The notes below the pieces were generated by a model. That model was given only the letters and a program-made list of their open reading frames with translations. It made no database searches and was not told the origin of the DNA. This document shows positions 27,121 through 38,053 of a DNA stretch of 64,000 bases, in pieces; position 1 is the first letter of the stretch; each line of letters begins with the position of its first letter. The DNA comes from Candidatus Bathyarchaeia archaeon. GTDB taxonomy: Archaea; Thermoproteota; Bathyarchaeia; Bathyarchaeales; Bathycorpusculaceae. A program made the translations under genes and the position numbers. The stretch spans positions 1 through 64,000 of the forward strand of contig JBEKKK010000003.1 of assembly GCA_050010755.1 (NCBI GenBank), in the 5' to 3' direction.

Positions 27121-28143
27121 TCAGTTCGTGATGATGACTTTCAGGCTTTGTCTGGTTTCAAGAGCGGTCTTGAAGGCTTCTGCTGTCTCTTGGAGGCTAA
27201 ACCGATGTGTTATGAGCGGCTTAACGTCTATCCTGCCAGTCTCTAGAAGCTGGAGGGCGATTCTCGTTTCTAGGTGCGACGTCGAGTACGAGGGTATTAT
27301 CTGCAATTCGGAGAAGAACAATTCTTCGGGACTTATTCGCAGTTGCTCTTCCGGACGTGTGGGTGCAAAGACGCACAGTTTTCCGCCCTTCCTACAGACC
27401 TTCATACCCACCTTGTAGGCGTCCAAGTTTGGAGCAGTGATGACCGCGACGTCCACTCCTCTCCCGTCAGTTTCGGCCTTGACAGTTTCGACCAGATCTG
27501 CGTTTTTCGGGTTCACAGTGACGTCCGCTCCGTACTGTTCAGCCAGTCGCAGTCGGAAGTCGATGAGATCGCTCACGATTGTCCTTCCGGCCCCATAGAT
27601 TTTTGAGAGCGCCGTGTGGATGAGGCCTGTCGCTCCCGCGCCGACAACTGCAACCGTGTCGCCTGTTTGCACATTGCACTTCTTTATGGCCCTTATGCAA
27701 CACGCGACGGGTTCGATGAGAGTCGCCTCCTCATCCGAGACTTTCTCCGGGATTTTCAAAGTGTCGGTCTGAACGTTTACGGCTGGAACTCTGAAGTAAT
27801 CGGCGAAACCGCCGGGCGTTATGTTCGTTTCATGAAACTGTTTGCATAGTGTGTAATCGCCGTGGAGACAGTAGTGACACTTTAAACATGCAACATGATG
27901 GTGAACGAAAACCCGATCACCTGCACCGAACTTCTCAACACTTTTTCCTTTTTTCGCCACAATCCCAGCTGGTTCGTGCCCCAGAACCAATGGGACGCGC
28001 GGTTTCAAGTACCAGTCCATGAGGTCTGAGCCGCATATTCCGCACGCTTTCATCTGGACGAGGATCTCATCATCGTTTATCTCTGGAGTTAGAATTTCCT
28101 CTGTCCGTATGTCCCTTTGATCATAATACACTGCGGCTTTCAT
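27121..28143 (-). CDS. Zn-dependent alcohol/polyol dehydrogenase (MDR family)
   Basis: CGICGSD, GHEPAG, CxxCxxCx7C, GAGATG. Confidence 0.93.
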   Translation of the reverse strand: MKAAVYYDQRDIRTEEILTPEINDDEILVQMKACGICGSDLMDWYLKPRVPLVLGHEPAGIVAKKGKSVEKFGAGDRVFVHHHVACLKCHYCLHGDYTLCKQFHETNITPGGFADYFRVPAVNVQTDTLKIPEKVSDEEATLIEPVACCIRAIKKCNVQTGDTVAVVGAGATGLIHTALSKIYGAGRTIVSDLIDFRLRLAEQYGADVTVNPKNADLVETVKAETDGRGVDVAVITAPNLDAYKVGMKVCRKGGKLCVFAPTRPEEQLRISPEELFFSELQIIPSYSTSHLETRIALQLLETGRIDVKPLITHRFSLQETAEAFKTALETRQSLKVIITN

Positions 28144-28236
28144 CGTGGCCCAACGTTTTCTTCGCACTTTCACACTTAAGACTTTCCGAGCATCTAGACA
28201 TGTGCTTTGAGAAGGCATGACGAATTGTTCATCGTT

Positions 28237-29211
28237 TCAGATGATTTGCTTGATGGTCCTGATTATCGCTTTTTCATCCGGAATCACAAACTGCTCCAAG
28301 GGGGGACTGAACGGTATCGGCGTGTCTGCGCCCGTCACTCTCTTTATCGGAGCGTCCAAGTAATCGATGGCTTCTTCAGCCACGACGGAAGCGATTTCGG
28401 CACTCACGCCCCCTGTCTTGCAGTCTTCTGAGACGATGACCAGCTTTCCAGTTTTCTTAACTGAATCAACTATGGCTTTCTTGTCCAAGGGCGTCAGCGT
28501 TCGAGGGTCAATAACCTCAGCGTCTACTCCTTCATCTTCAAGCGTGGCAGTGGCATTCAGCGCCTTGTGAACCATGTACATCGTGGCGACGACGGTGACG
28601 TCCGATCCCTTCTTTTTAACTTCGGCTACTCCGAATGGAATAGTGTACTCTTCTTCGGGCACGTCGCCTTCGACGGGATAAAGCAGTTTGTGTTCGCAGA
28701 AAAAGACGGGGTTGTTCCCACGTATGGCCGTTTTCAAGAGTCCCTTGGCATCATAAGGAGTTGAGGGAACGACGACTTGCAGCCCAGGTACGTGCATAAA
28801 CCAGGCTTCGAGGCTCTGTGAATGATGAGAGGCGATGTTGACACCCGCTCCAAACGGCGTTCTGATTACGAGCGGACACGAAGCTTGACCGCCGAACATG
28901 TACCTGATTTTAGCGGCCTGATTCGCGATTTGATCCATGGCCAGAGCGGTAAGGTCCCCGAACATTATTTCGGCGACTGGACGCATCCCCGTTATCGCGG
29001 CGCCTACGCCAGTGCCGACTATTGCCGATTCCGATATGGGAGTGTCCCTGACTCTTTCATCTCCGAACTCCTGAGCCAAACCGTCCGTAACTTTGAAGGC
29101 TCCACCCCAGTGCCTTCCAATGTCCTCGCCAATCAAGAACACTGAAGAGTCGCGGCGCATTTCTTCTCTCAAGGCTTGACGAAGTGCTTCACGATAGGTT
29201 ATTCTCGGCAT
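28237..29211 (-). CDS. 2-oxoacid/acetoin dehydrogenase E1 beta subunit
   Basis: GEDIG, DTPISE, EIMF, HSQSLEAWF. Confidence 0.95.
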   Translation of the reverse strand: MPRITYREALRQALREEMRRDSSVFLIGEDIGRHWGGAFKVTDGLAQEFGDERVRDTPISESAIVGTGVGAAITGMRPVAEIMFGDLTALAMDQIANQAAKIRYMFGGQASCPLVIRTPFGAGVNIASHHSQSLEAWFMHVPGLQVVVPSTPYDAKGLLKTAIRGNNPVFFCEHKLLYPVEGDVPEEEYTIPFGVAEVKKKGSDVTVVATMYMVHKALNATATLEDEGVDAEVIDPRTLTPLDKKAIVDSVKKTGKLVIVSEDCKTGGVSAEIASVVAEEAIDYLDAPIKRVTGADTPIPFSPPLEQFVIPDEKAIIRTIKQII

Positions 29212-29226
29212 GATAGGCTCACCCCA

Positions 29227-30192
29227 TTAGGCGTAGACATCTTCTAAGGCTTCCTCCGGAGCCGGATATGGACTCTGTAGGGCAAACTTCACGGCCTCTT
29301 CGATGTCAGCTGCGACCTTTTCTTCAACCCCTCGAAGCTCGGCTTCAGAAAAAAGAGAATTTTGAAGCAAAGCCTCCTTGAATCGTCTGAGTGGATCCCT
29401 GGCCAGCCATTGTTCAACCTCTTCTTTCGGTCTGTATTTTGCGGGATCAACCCTCGAATGGCCCTTGTGACGGTAGGTCTTGCACTCGACAAGGGTCGGT
29501 CCGTCTCCTCGGCGGGCGCGGTCGACGGCTTTTTGCGAGGCTTCGAAAACGGCAAGAACATCGTTTCCGTCTACCTTCACGCCTGGAATCCCGTAGGCAG
29601 CGGCGCGGTCAGCGATGTTTTCAATATTCATTATTCTTGATTGGCGTGTTCCCATCGCGTAGAGGTTGTTTTCGCAGACAAAAATCACTGGCAACGTCCA
29701 TGCTGAGGCCATGTTTATGCTTTCGTGGAATGTTCCCTGGTTTGAGGCTCCTTCTCCGAAGAAACATGCTGCGACCTGATCCGTTTTCCTCAGCTTGGCA
29801 GACAAGGCAGCCCCCACGGCTATCGGCAACCCGGCTCCTACAACTGCTGTTGCGCCGAGCATGCCCACGGCAAAGTCGGCAATATGCATTGAACCGCCCT
29901 TGCCCTTGCAGTAGCCGGTTTTCTTTCCGAGGATCTCTGCCATCGTCCGCTTCAGTTCGGCGCCTTTCGCTATGCAGTGTCCGTGTCCTCTGTGTGTGCT
30001 CGTGATGTAATCTTCCTTCCGCAGGCAACTGCAAACGCCCACAGCCACCGCTTCTTCTCCGGCATACAAATGAATAGTTCCAGGAACAAGATTCTGACCG
30101 TAAAGCTCGAAGACTTTCTCCTCAAAAGAGCGGATCTCGAGCATTTTTTTGTACATTTCAGCAAGCTTCTCCTTAGACACCGCAAACGTCAT
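29227..30192 (-). CDS. 2-oxoacid/acetoin dehydrogenase E1 alpha subunit
   Basis: STHRGHGH, GKGGSMH, FGEGA..ENN TPP motif, TYRHKGHS. Confidence 0.95.
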   Translation of the reverse strand: MTFAVSKEKLAEMYKKMLEIRSFEEKVFELYGQNLVPGTIHLYAGEEAVAVGVCSCLRKEDYITSTHRGHGHCIAKGAELKRTMAEILGKKTGYCKGKGGSMHIADFAVGMLGATAVVGAGLPIAVGAALSAKLRKTDQVAACFFGEGASNQGTFHESINMASAWTLPVIFVCENNLYAMGTRQSRIMNIENIADRAAAYGIPGVKVDGNDVLAVFEASQKAVDRARRGDGPTLVECKTYRHKGHSRVDPAKYRPKEEVEQWLARDPLRRFKEALLQNSLFSEAELRGVEEKVAADIEEAVKFALQSPYPAPEEALEDVYA

Positions 30193-30504
30193 GTTTTCCC
30201 ATCCTCTGCGCCTCAGCTTACCTCCTATTAGCCCACGAGAGTTTTATATAAGTTGATTATAGACCGGCCAAGCGTATGAACATGCACGAACGCGAGTCAA
30301 ATGAAGCTTACAATAACAAGTAGTTGTGCCAAGGAAGACGGGATTGGGTCGATGTGAACTCCTTGGAACCTTTGACACTGCTTGTTTTCAGTGCGTTTGC
30401 GCTTCAATAGCGTAAGCCATATAGAGTGAGGTGCCCTAAAGTGGTTGATGGATTGTGTTGTATGAGGTTTGTAGGGAAATTTGTATTTTGAGGAGGGGAG
30501 TTGG

Positions 30505-31728
30505 ATGCAGAAATCCTATTCCAAACTGTTGGGGATAGTCGGAAAGCCTAACACTGGTAAGTCGACGTTCTTCAGTGCAACGACACTTGCGCCTGCGGAG
30601 ATAGCAAACTATCCGTTTACAACTATAAAGCCAAACAGGGGAGTTGGATACGTTCGAACCCCCTGCGTGCACAAGGAATTCAACGTCGTTGATAATCCTG
30701 CCAATTCGGTTTGTTTGGATGGTGTCAGGCTCATTCCCGTAGAATTCATCGATTGTGCCGGTCTCGTGCCCGGCGCCTGGGAAGGAAGGGGGCTTGGCAA
30801 CCAATTCTTGGACGAAATCAGAAAGGCCGACGCGCTGATTCACATAGTCGACGCGTCTGGGGGGACAGATTGCGAGGGCAGGCTTTGCAAGCCGGGCGAG
30901 AACGACCCTTTGGAAGACGTGAAGTTTCTCGAACGCGAAATAACCATGTGGATGGCCAACATGCTAAAAAAGGACTGGCCCAAGATTGCGAGAACGGCTG
31001 AGGCTGAATCAAAGGACTTGCTTTCGATGCTTGAAGAGCGGCTGAGCGGATTGTCCATAAAGAGAAGCCACATCTTCGAGGCCATTAGAAAAGCAGGGTT
31101 GAACGCTGAAAAACCCACTTTTTGGAGCGATGAAGATTTTTTGAGGTTCGTGGACACGCTCAGGCAAGTTGCAAAGCCTATGCTAATAGTCGCCAACAAA
31201 ATGGACATGCCGCCCTCCGAAAAGAATCTTGAAAGGCTAAAAGAATCAAATCGCCTCGTCGTTCCTTGCTGTGCAGAGGCGGAGCTCGCCCTCAGGAGAG
31301 CCGCCGAAAAACAACTGATAGATTACAGGCCTGGAGACGGCAACTTCAAGATTGGCAAATCGGAAAGCCTCAGCCCCAGTCAAGAAAGAGCGTTGGAAGT
31401 CATAAGAGACAAAATACTGCTCCGTTTCGGCTCGACTGGCGTACAAGAAGCGGTGAACATGGCCTATTACAAGCTCCTGAACATGATCACCGTTTACCCT
31501 GTTGAGGATTTGGAGCATTTGGCGGATCACACGGGTAGAGTGTTGCCGGACGCTTATCTCGTTCCTTACGGAACGACCGCACGCCAACTCGCTTACATCA
31601 TTCACACAGAACTCGGAGAAGGTTTCATTTACGCTATCGATGCTCGGGAAAAGAAAAGGGTTGGTGAAGATTACAAGCTAAAGGACAGAGACGTCATATC
31701 TATTATCAGTGCTCGTAAGAGAGCTTGA
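30505..31728 (+). CDS. ychF: Obg-family ATPase YchF (archaeal type)
   Basis: GKPNTGKST, NYPFTT, DCAGL, GLGNQFL, NKMD, TGS domain. Confidence 0.93.
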   Translation: MQKSYSKLLGIVGKPNTGKSTFFSATTLAPAEIANYPFTTIKPNRGVGYVRTPCVHKEFNVVDNPANSVCLDGVRLIPVEFIDCAGLVPGAWEGRGLGNQFLDEIRKADALIHIVDASGGTDCEGRLCKPGENDPLEDVKFLEREITMWMANMLKKDWPKIARTAEAESKDLLSMLEERLSGLSIKRSHIFEAIRKAGLNAEKPTFWSDEDFLRFVDTLRQVAKPMLIVANKMDMPPSEKNLERLKESNRLVVPCCAEAELALRRAAEKQLIDYRPGDGNFKIGKSESLSPSQERALEVIRDKILLRFGSTGVQEAVNMAYYKLLNMITVYPVEDLEHLADHTGRVLPDAYLVPYGTTARQLAYIIHTELGEGFIYAIDAREKKRVGEDYKLKDRDVISIISARKRA

Positions 31729-31733
31729 ACGTG

Positions 31734-32519
31734 CTATTCGCCGAAGCGTCTCTTGCGTTTTTGAAATGTTCTTACAGCGCGCAGAAGGTCTATTGAACGG
31801 AAATCGGGCCAGTACACGTCCAGAAAACAGAGTTCGCTGTAGGCCGATTGCCACAACAGGAAACCGCTCAGCCGTTCCTCGCCTGAGGTTCGAATTATCA
31901 AGTCGGGATCCTGGTTAGGCATGTGCGACGTATAGAGGTGTTGTTCGAACGTTTTCTCGTCAACATTCTGTGGATCCAGCTTTCCGTCATGCACTTCCTC
32001 CGCGATTCTCTTGGCCGCGTCCACAATCTCGGCTCTTCCTCCGTAGGCGAAGGCAAAGTTCAAGAAGTGTTTGTCATAATTCTGCGTTGATTTTTCAACC
32101 TCCGCTATGACCTGCCTCATGCCCTCTGGCAAGAGATTCACTCTTCCGATGACTTTCACGCGCACCTTGTCTCCGTGTATTCGCTCGTCAGTCAAAAGGT
32201 TGCGGAGTCGCCCCTTGAATATGTCCATTATTTCTTCAACCTCGCCAGGGGTACGGTGAAAGTTCTCGGTGGAAAACGCGTAGAGAGTCACAGATTTGAC
32301 ATCGAGCTTGAGGCACCAATCGAGCAATTGCTCAACTTTGTCGGCTCCTTTTGCGTGGCCAAACCATGTGCTCAACACGTTCTCTGAAGCCCACCTTCTG
32401 TTTCCGTCCAGAATTATCGCTATATGCTCCGGCTTCGCGCCGTTATCAACCTGACGCCATAACCAGCCCTCGTAAACTCTGTAGACGCCGATAGCAGAAA
32501 GCAGTGATTTAATCACCAT
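31734..32519 (-). CDS. uppS: cis-Prenyltransferase (polyprenyl diphosphate synthase)
   Basis: HIAIILDGNRRW, YAFSTEN, DLIIRTSGEERLSGFLLWQ. Confidence 0.95.
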   Translation of the reverse strand: MVIKSLLSAIGVYRVYEGWLWRQVDNGAKPEHIAIILDGNRRWASENVLSTWFGHAKGADKVEQLLDWCLKLDVKSVTLYAFSTENFHRTPGEVEEIMDIFKGRLRNLLTDERIHGDKVRVKVIGRVNLLPEGMRQVIAEVEKSTQNYDKHFLNFAFAYGGRAEIVDAAKRIAEEVHDGKLDPQNVDEKTFEQHLYTSHMPNQDPDLIIRTSGEERLSGFLLWQSAYSELCFLDVYWPDFRSIDLLRAVRTFQKRKRRFGE

Positions 32520-32647
32520 TCAAACCTCATGGTCCGGTTGCAGCGTTGCACGAATGGATAAGCTCGATTAGTAAATTTTGAGGCGTCTCAATTAAGAGTT
32601 TCCCCATTCAAACAGCGTTCTTGTTGATGAACGCACTTGTGGTAGAT

Positions 32648-33826
32648 TCATGAGTCCCCGAACTCTTTGGCTTGTTCTTCCGTCTCTGCGAAGAAGCCCT
32701 TTTTGGCTCTGTGAACCGCGAATATTACTAGCACCGAAGCGATGCCTATCAGGATGCCAATGACGACTGCGTAAACGATTTTTCCATAGCCAATTTGAGG
32801 AGTAATCAGCAGCTGGCTGGTTGCGATTAGTATCGGCCCTGACCAGCCCACGATGACTATTAGCGCTGCGTTTCGCAACAATCTCGCGTCACGCTCAAGA
32901 TACCATCTGATGCCTCTTCCCAAGAGTGGAACAATGAGTCCCACAACCAGCAGGGTCGCCGAACCTCCTATGAAGTAACCCACTATTGTTGGCACGTTGC
33001 TGAACCAGTGCGCAATTTCGGCCGGGGACACGTTTGTCCCAACGCTTGTCCCACCTAGATACAAGCCTAGCACAAGGCACAAGGCCCCGGCGATTAGAGA
33101 GAAGTTTGAGATTTGCACTCTCAGCGGAGGGGGGGAGTATTCCTTCACCCATCTGTATAGGTCTTTAGTAGCCTTGTCAACTCCGAAACCTTTGACGACC
33201 AGGAACACGCTTAGAACAAGTGCAAAGGCTATCAAATAATATTGAACCCAACCAATTATGGATAGGATTCCCAGTATCAGGATGAGTAGTCCAGGCAGAC
33301 CCAAGGCAACGCGTGAATAGCGAGGGTTGTCCATCACGGTTCGAAGATACCGCGAAAAAAGAGCAGCCGTTTCTTCGATTGACTCGCTATGTTTAACGAC
33401 TATTCTTCGGACAGATGAAACTGGCACCCTTGACTGTACTAGCGGTAAGACAGCTTCGTCTGAATATCCGTCCGTTACCAGAATGACCTCACTCGCTGAG
33501 AAACCGTCCAACAACTCGTTTAATCCTGCCACGACTTTTCTGTCGGCGCCAACGCCCCCCAGTTCAGAACCTGAAAGCGTGGCGATTTCCAAGATTTCCC
33601 CAGAGTTGTTCTCGGCTTTCAGGCGATCGTAAACGCGTACAGCTTCGAACATTGCGTTTGCATCTGGTTCCTCCGGGTCTTTCAAGGCCAACGCAACCGC
33701 GGCGTCCAGGTTTTCTACCCTTCCAACTAGCGGGGTCTCTATCCCAGCCTTTTTTTCCAAATCACCGTCTCTATCAACGCACAGAACGAGGATTCTCTTC
33801 TGCTCTTTTTCTTCCTTTTCCTTCAT
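32648..33826 (-). CDS. DUF373 family membrane protein
   Basis: LVLCVDRDGDL, DPEEPDANA, VTDG.SDE; multiple TM helices. Confidence 0.85.
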   Translation of the reverse strand: MKEKEEKEQKRILVLCVDRDGDLEKKAGIETPLVGRVENLDAAVALALKDPEEPDANAMFEAVRVYDRLKAENNSGEILEIATLSGSELGGVGADRKVVAGLNELLDGFSASEVILVTDGYSDEAVLPLVQSRVPVSSVRRIVVKHSESIEETAALFSRYLRTVMDNPRYSRVALGLPGLLILILGILSIIGWVQYYLIAFALVLSVFLVVKGFGVDKATKDLYRWVKEYSPPPLRVQISNFSLIAGALCLVLGLYLGGTSVGTNVSPAEIAHWFSNVPTIVGYFIGGSATLLVVGLIVPLLGRGIRWYLERDARLLRNAALIVIVGWSGPILIATSQLLITPQIGYGKIVYAVVIGILIGIASVLVIFAVHRAKKGFFAETEEQAKEFGDS

Positions 33827-33866
33827 ACGTATCTCGTACTGCGATTACAATTGTTGAATACCCAGA

Positions 33867-34742
33867 TTAACCTTGCTCTGTTATTCCCTTTTCCGCTAGA
33901 AGTTGAAACTCCTCCCACGTCAACTTCTCGCCGCGCTTCAGCTTCTCCTTTGCCCTGCTTTCGAGCGTTTCACGTAGAACGTTCTCGGATTCTTTTCTTT
34001 CTTTCTCAGTTTCTTCCCGAAGTTTTCCTTTTAAGAGTTTGATTTGGTTCATCGTAGTTTTCATTTCCGTCCAGATGGGTTGCATTGTTTCTTTCGCCTG
34101 CAAGAACCGTCTGTGCATTTCGTCCGCTTCCGCTTTCAGTGCTTTTGACCCGTCGATTTTCTCAAGCATTTTTCTGTGAGTCTCTTGGCTCTTTTGTGCT
34201 TTTTCCGATAATTGTTTGTGCAGATTTTCGGTTTCAGCCTTCATTGTCCTTGTTTCCGTTCGAAGCTGAGCGATTCTCTTCGCTAGTTGCTCGAGCTTCT
34301 TGTGGATTGACAGCTGCGTTTCCAGTTGCTTCACTTTTTCGACCAACTCCCTGTCCTCTTGTAGGGTCAAGGAAGTTGTCTGAATTGTCCACTCGAGGCT
34401 TTCAATCTCTTTCTGAAGCGCTTCATGACTCTGCGGAGGCTTTCTCTTCGCTAGAATTTTACCATCTTCTCCGAGCTTCTTTATGTCCTCGATTTTCTCG
34501 TGAATTAAAGCCTTCATTTCTTCTCGACGTAGCTTCAGATCCTTCACTCGGTTGTTCAACTCGTCTCTCTGGCTTCGAAGATCCAGAACTTCATCACGCA
34601 GACTTCTCACTCGGCCGTTGAGCTCGTCGCGCTTCTCCGCAAATCTTCGCGCATCACTCCCAAGCGTGTTCTCCTTGTCTTTCAATGCCGAAAGCTTCTC
34701 GTTCAACTCTGCAACCATTTCATTCTTCTGAGATTCTACCAT
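33867..34742 (-). CDS. Conserved archaeal coiled-coil protein (COG1340-like)
   Basis: Long heptads, LEWTIQTTSL, KLKRGEKLTWEEF. Confidence 0.8.
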   Translation of the reverse strand: MVESQKNEMVAELNEKLSALKDKENTLGSDARRFAEKRDELNGRVRSLRDEVLDLRSQRDELNNRVKDLKLRREEMKALIHEKIEDIKKLGEDGKILAKRKPPQSHEALQKEIESLEWTIQTTSLTLQEDRELVEKVKQLETQLSIHKKLEQLAKRIAQLRTETRTMKAETENLHKQLSEKAQKSQETHRKMLEKIDGSKALKAEADEMHRRFLQAKETMQPIWTEMKTTMNQIKLLKGKLREETEKERKESENVLRETLESRAKEKLKRGEKLTWEEFQLLAEKGITEQG

Positions 34743-34838
34743 CCGCTCACGACTCTTTAGGTTCTAATCTCAAAGGGCGTTCGGAAAATTTCAACGGTCC
34801 TCGCAAAAAAATTTTTCCCGCAGCGTGGTGTTTGTAAT

Positions 34839-35543
34839 TTATTCCAGTATGATTCGTGCATCAACGGCTTTTGCGCCTTTTTCGTAGACGATGACAGGGT
34901 TCAGGTCCAACTCTTTGATTTGCATGTGGTCCGTTATCAGTCTGGACGTATTCAGCAGAATCTTGGTAATCGCCTCAATGTCTGCGGGAGGCGTGTTTCG
35001 GTAGCCTTTCAGCAGTGGGTAAGCTTTTACCCCGTTTATCATCTCACAAGCATCGTCTTCGGATATGGGCGCAACCCTGAATGTCACATCTTTCAGGACT
35101 TCTACGAACACTCCGCCCAACCCAAACATTATGGCGGGGCCGAACTGAGGATCCTTGATGGCGCCCACGATGACCTCTGTTGAAGGTGGGGCCATTTCCT
35201 GCACTAAGATTCCTGCAATTCTGGCTTTCGGATCGTGTTTTCTGACGTTCTGCAGTATGCTATTGTACCCTTTGCGCACGTCTTCGGCATTCTTCAGGCT
35301 GAGGATGACTCCGCCGATGTCCGATTTGTGAATGATGTCTGGTGACACAATTTTCAAGACCGTTGGGAAGCCGATGGCCTTTGCAAACTTCACTGCTTCA
35401 TCCTCACTCTTTGCCAACTCGAACTTTGTGACCGGTATGCCATACTCGATACAGACCATTTTCGCTTCAGTCTCGAGAAGAGACTTTCGTCCCTCTTTAG
35501 AAGCCTGGGACAATATGCGTGAAGTCTCGTTCAGGATGCTCAA
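34839..35543 (-). CDS. ADP-forming acyl-CoA synthetase beta subunit (ATP-grasp)
   Basis: LKIVSPDIIHKSDIGGV, DPQFGP.IMFGLGG, ELDLNP; start approximate. Confidence 0.9.
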   Translation of the reverse strand: MSILNETSRILSQASKEGRKSLLETEAKMVCIEYGIPVTKFELAKSEDEAVKFAKAIGFPTVLKIVSPDIIHKSDIGGVILSLKNAEDVRKGYNSILQNVRKHDPKARIAGILVQEMAPPSTEVIVGAIKDPQFGPAIMFGLGGVFVEVLKDVTFRVAPISEDDACEMINGVKAYPLLKGYRNTPPADIEAITKILLNTSRLITDHMQIKELDLNPVIVYEKGAKAVDARIILE

Positions 35544-35736
35544 CTCCGGTATACGAAATAAGTATCTATCAACGATTTCTAAGCTTAAAACGATTTGCTG
35601 TACGTGCTCAGAAAAATTGTAGGAATGCCTGTTTCCGATCTTCGTGTGTTTCAGAGCTGTAACCGCTGCGAGCATCTTGGGAGCTCCGCAGAGCGTGCGA
35701 GTAATCCGTCGTTATCTCGTTCTGTTGAATGCTCAT

Positions 35737-36966
35737 CTATGGCTGAATTGCTAGGCTTGCAAACACTTTGGCGTCATTGACGAGGTTCTCTATTACTGAG
35801 TATTCGTTTGGCTGATGGGCCACCTCGTCTACGGTGCTCCATACAACAGCTGGAATTCCGACCTGCCTAAAGAAAGCGGCACACGTTCCGCCGCCTATTC
35901 CGCCGATTTTTGCTTTGACGTTCATACTTTTCCTTATGGCATCTTTCAGCATGACAACCACTCTTGCCTTTGGATCTGTTGGTTTGGGAGCTATGGTTTT
36001 CTGCAGAATTTCAATTTCTATTCGCGCCCCGGTCTTGTTTTCAAATTCTTTGGCAACGTTGCGAATAGTGCTCAGCGCTTCTTCAGCGTCGTATTGCGGG
36101 AGTATTCGGGAGTCTAAATGGTTTATGTCTTCCCCTGGCACGATGTTTACGGCATCGACGTTCTTGTCCCTTTTTGTCGGTTCGAAAGTGCTTCCAGGCG
36201 GGTCGAAACTCTTGTCCTTACGTGGATATTTCTTGTGGAGAATCTTGTCGAGGGCCAGAGAATACTGCATTGCGACGCGGCTGGCGTTCAGGCCGTCGCC
36301 CGGGCGGCTCGCATGAGTTTGTTTTCCAATTGTTCGAATTTTCAACCAAAGGATGCTTTTCTCGGCATTTTCGATGAAGCTTCCATCTCCTCTTCCGCCG
36401 TCGGGAACAATCACCAAGTCCTCAGCCTTGAAAAGACGCTGTTTTATCAGGTATTGGATTCCGTAGGTGCTTCCTTGTTCCTCGTCCGCAACGAAACAGA
36501 GGCATACCGTTCTTTTTGGCTTCATTTTCAGATTTTTCAATGCTTTGACTGCGAAGATGGAGGCAACCATGGATTGTAAATCGTCCTCGCTGCCCCGTCC
36601 ATACACTCTGGCATCTTTTATCACTGGTTCGAACGGTTTGGTTACAGTCCAGAGTGATTCTTCTCCAGGCGGTACTATGTCCATATGAGTTATTATCCAA
36701 AGTTTATCGGAGGTTTTTTCTCCCATGCACTGGGCGATGATGTTGGGCCGCCTTTTGGAAGGGACTCTTTCGTCAATTGCGTCGTATCGTTCTATCTTGT
36801 CGAATCCCACTTCGTTGAGAATCTGAATTAGTTTCTCTGCCCTTTTTGATTCGCCTTCGCCACCATTTTCCGGGGCTATTGCGGGTATGCGAATCAGCTC
36901 CATCGAGACCTTCGTCATATCAGTTTTCAATCTTTCCACTTCGGAGAAAACTTTCGAAGATTCCAT
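35737..36966 (-). CDS. M20 family metallo-hydrolase (ArgE/DapE-like)
   Basis: HMDIVPPG, GRGSED, DEE, HQPNE. Confidence 0.9.
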   Translation of the reverse strand: MESSKVFSEVERLKTDMTKVSMELIRIPAIAPENGGEGESKRAEKLIQILNEVGFDKIERYDAIDERVPSKRRPNIIAQCMGEKTSDKLWIITHMDIVPPGEESLWTVTKPFEPVIKDARVYGRGSEDDLQSMVASIFAVKALKNLKMKPKRTVCLCFVADEEQGSTYGIQYLIKQRLFKAEDLVIVPDGGRGDGSFIENAEKSILWLKIRTIGKQTHASRPGDGLNASRVAMQYSLALDKILHKKYPRKDKSFDPPGSTFEPTKRDKNVDAVNIVPGEDINHLDSRILPQYDAEEALSTIRNVAKEFENKTGARIEIEILQKTIAPKPTDPKARVVVMLKDAIRKSMNVKAKIGGIGGGTCAAFFRQVGIPAVVWSTVDEVAHQPNEYSVIENLVNDAKVFASLAIQP

Positions 36967-37069
36967 ACAATCCATCGACCAATGCAAACAATGCTGTCTA
37001 GTGACCTTTATCTTTTGTCATGGCAAAACATAGAAAAACAGGAGGCAAGAGAAAATGTTGATGTGGGCG

Positions 37070-38053
37070 TTAGGCCAGTTCTTTTAGGGCTTTCAGACGC
37101 TTGATTATGTTGGGGTGTGTCGAGAATACCTCTGCGACTCTGTCGGCTGTTGTCAGCTTTTTTGAAAGTATTTCTTGAACCAGTTTCTGGCTATCGGCCA
37201 GCGACATGGAGGATATCTCTGCAGAGTCAGCGTTTGCACGGTCAGGGTCTGTGATGAACAGCGCTTTGAATGCGTGAAGGTTCTTTGTTTGCTGCTTCGA
37301 CATTCCCATTCTGCTCATGTTTTTGCTTACGTTGACTATTTTTGCGAGCCCGGTTGAGAGTTTTTCTGATCCACCGTCGACGATTGAGGCGCTGTGCCTG
37401 TCAGCGTAGTATTCGCGCAGCCTGCTGAGGTTTAGGATAAACAGGTTCATTATGAATGAAAAAGCCATGAAGACCATGCCTATGAGGGCGCCGTTGCCAG
37501 AATTCTTTTGGTTTCCTCCAAACATGCCTGAAAGCATGAGAGAGTAACCTATGAAGTAGGCCACAGCGGGTAATAATGAAACGAACATCATCATCTGTAC
37601 GTCTCTGTGTCTGAGATGCCCCAATTCGTGTCCTACGACCGCCGCGACTTCACCATCGTCCAGTGTTTTCAAAAGTCCGCTTGTGACTGCTATGCGAGTT
37701 CCCGCCACGGGTGAGCCGTAGGCAAAAGCGTTTGGAAGGGGAATTTGTGCGAGCATCAGCCTCGGCTTGCTTATTTTGCTCTTTCTGCTGAGGTCGTCAA
37801 CAACCTCATGCAGTTTCGGCTCTTCAGTTGCAGACATAGCACGCACGTGGTACAAGGCATCGATTATGTAGGGCGAGATAAGCCATTGAACAACGTTAAA
37901 CCCAATGACCAAGATTCCCAGAATCGCGAACCCAGAAAATCCGCCGTTGAAGAGCCCTGTAAGGCTCAGAATGACCGTGAAGAACAGCGTTGACAGTCCC
38001 AATATTAGGGCAAGCGTTGCTGCCATACCCAAACGAAGCTTCCAGATACTCAT
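37070..38053 (-). CDS. htpX: Zn metalloprotease HtpX (M48)
   Basis: PNAFA, HELGH, SRLREYYAD, STHP. Confidence 0.92.
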   Translation of the reverse strand: MSIWKLRLGMAATLALILGLSTLFFTVILSLTGLFNGGFSGFAILGILVIGFNVVQWLISPYIIDALYHVRAMSATEEPKLHEVVDDLSRKSKISKPRLMLAQIPLPNAFAYGSPVAGTRIAVTSGLLKTLDDGEVAAVVGHELGHLRHRDVQMMMFVSLLPAVAYFIGYSLMLSGMFGGNQKNSGNGALIGMVFMAFSFIMNLFILNLSRLREYYADRHSASIVDGGSEKLSTGLAKIVNVSKNMSRMGMSKQQTKNLHAFKALFITDPDRANADSAEISSMSLADSQKLVQEILSKKLTTADRVAEVFSTHPNIIKRLKALKELA

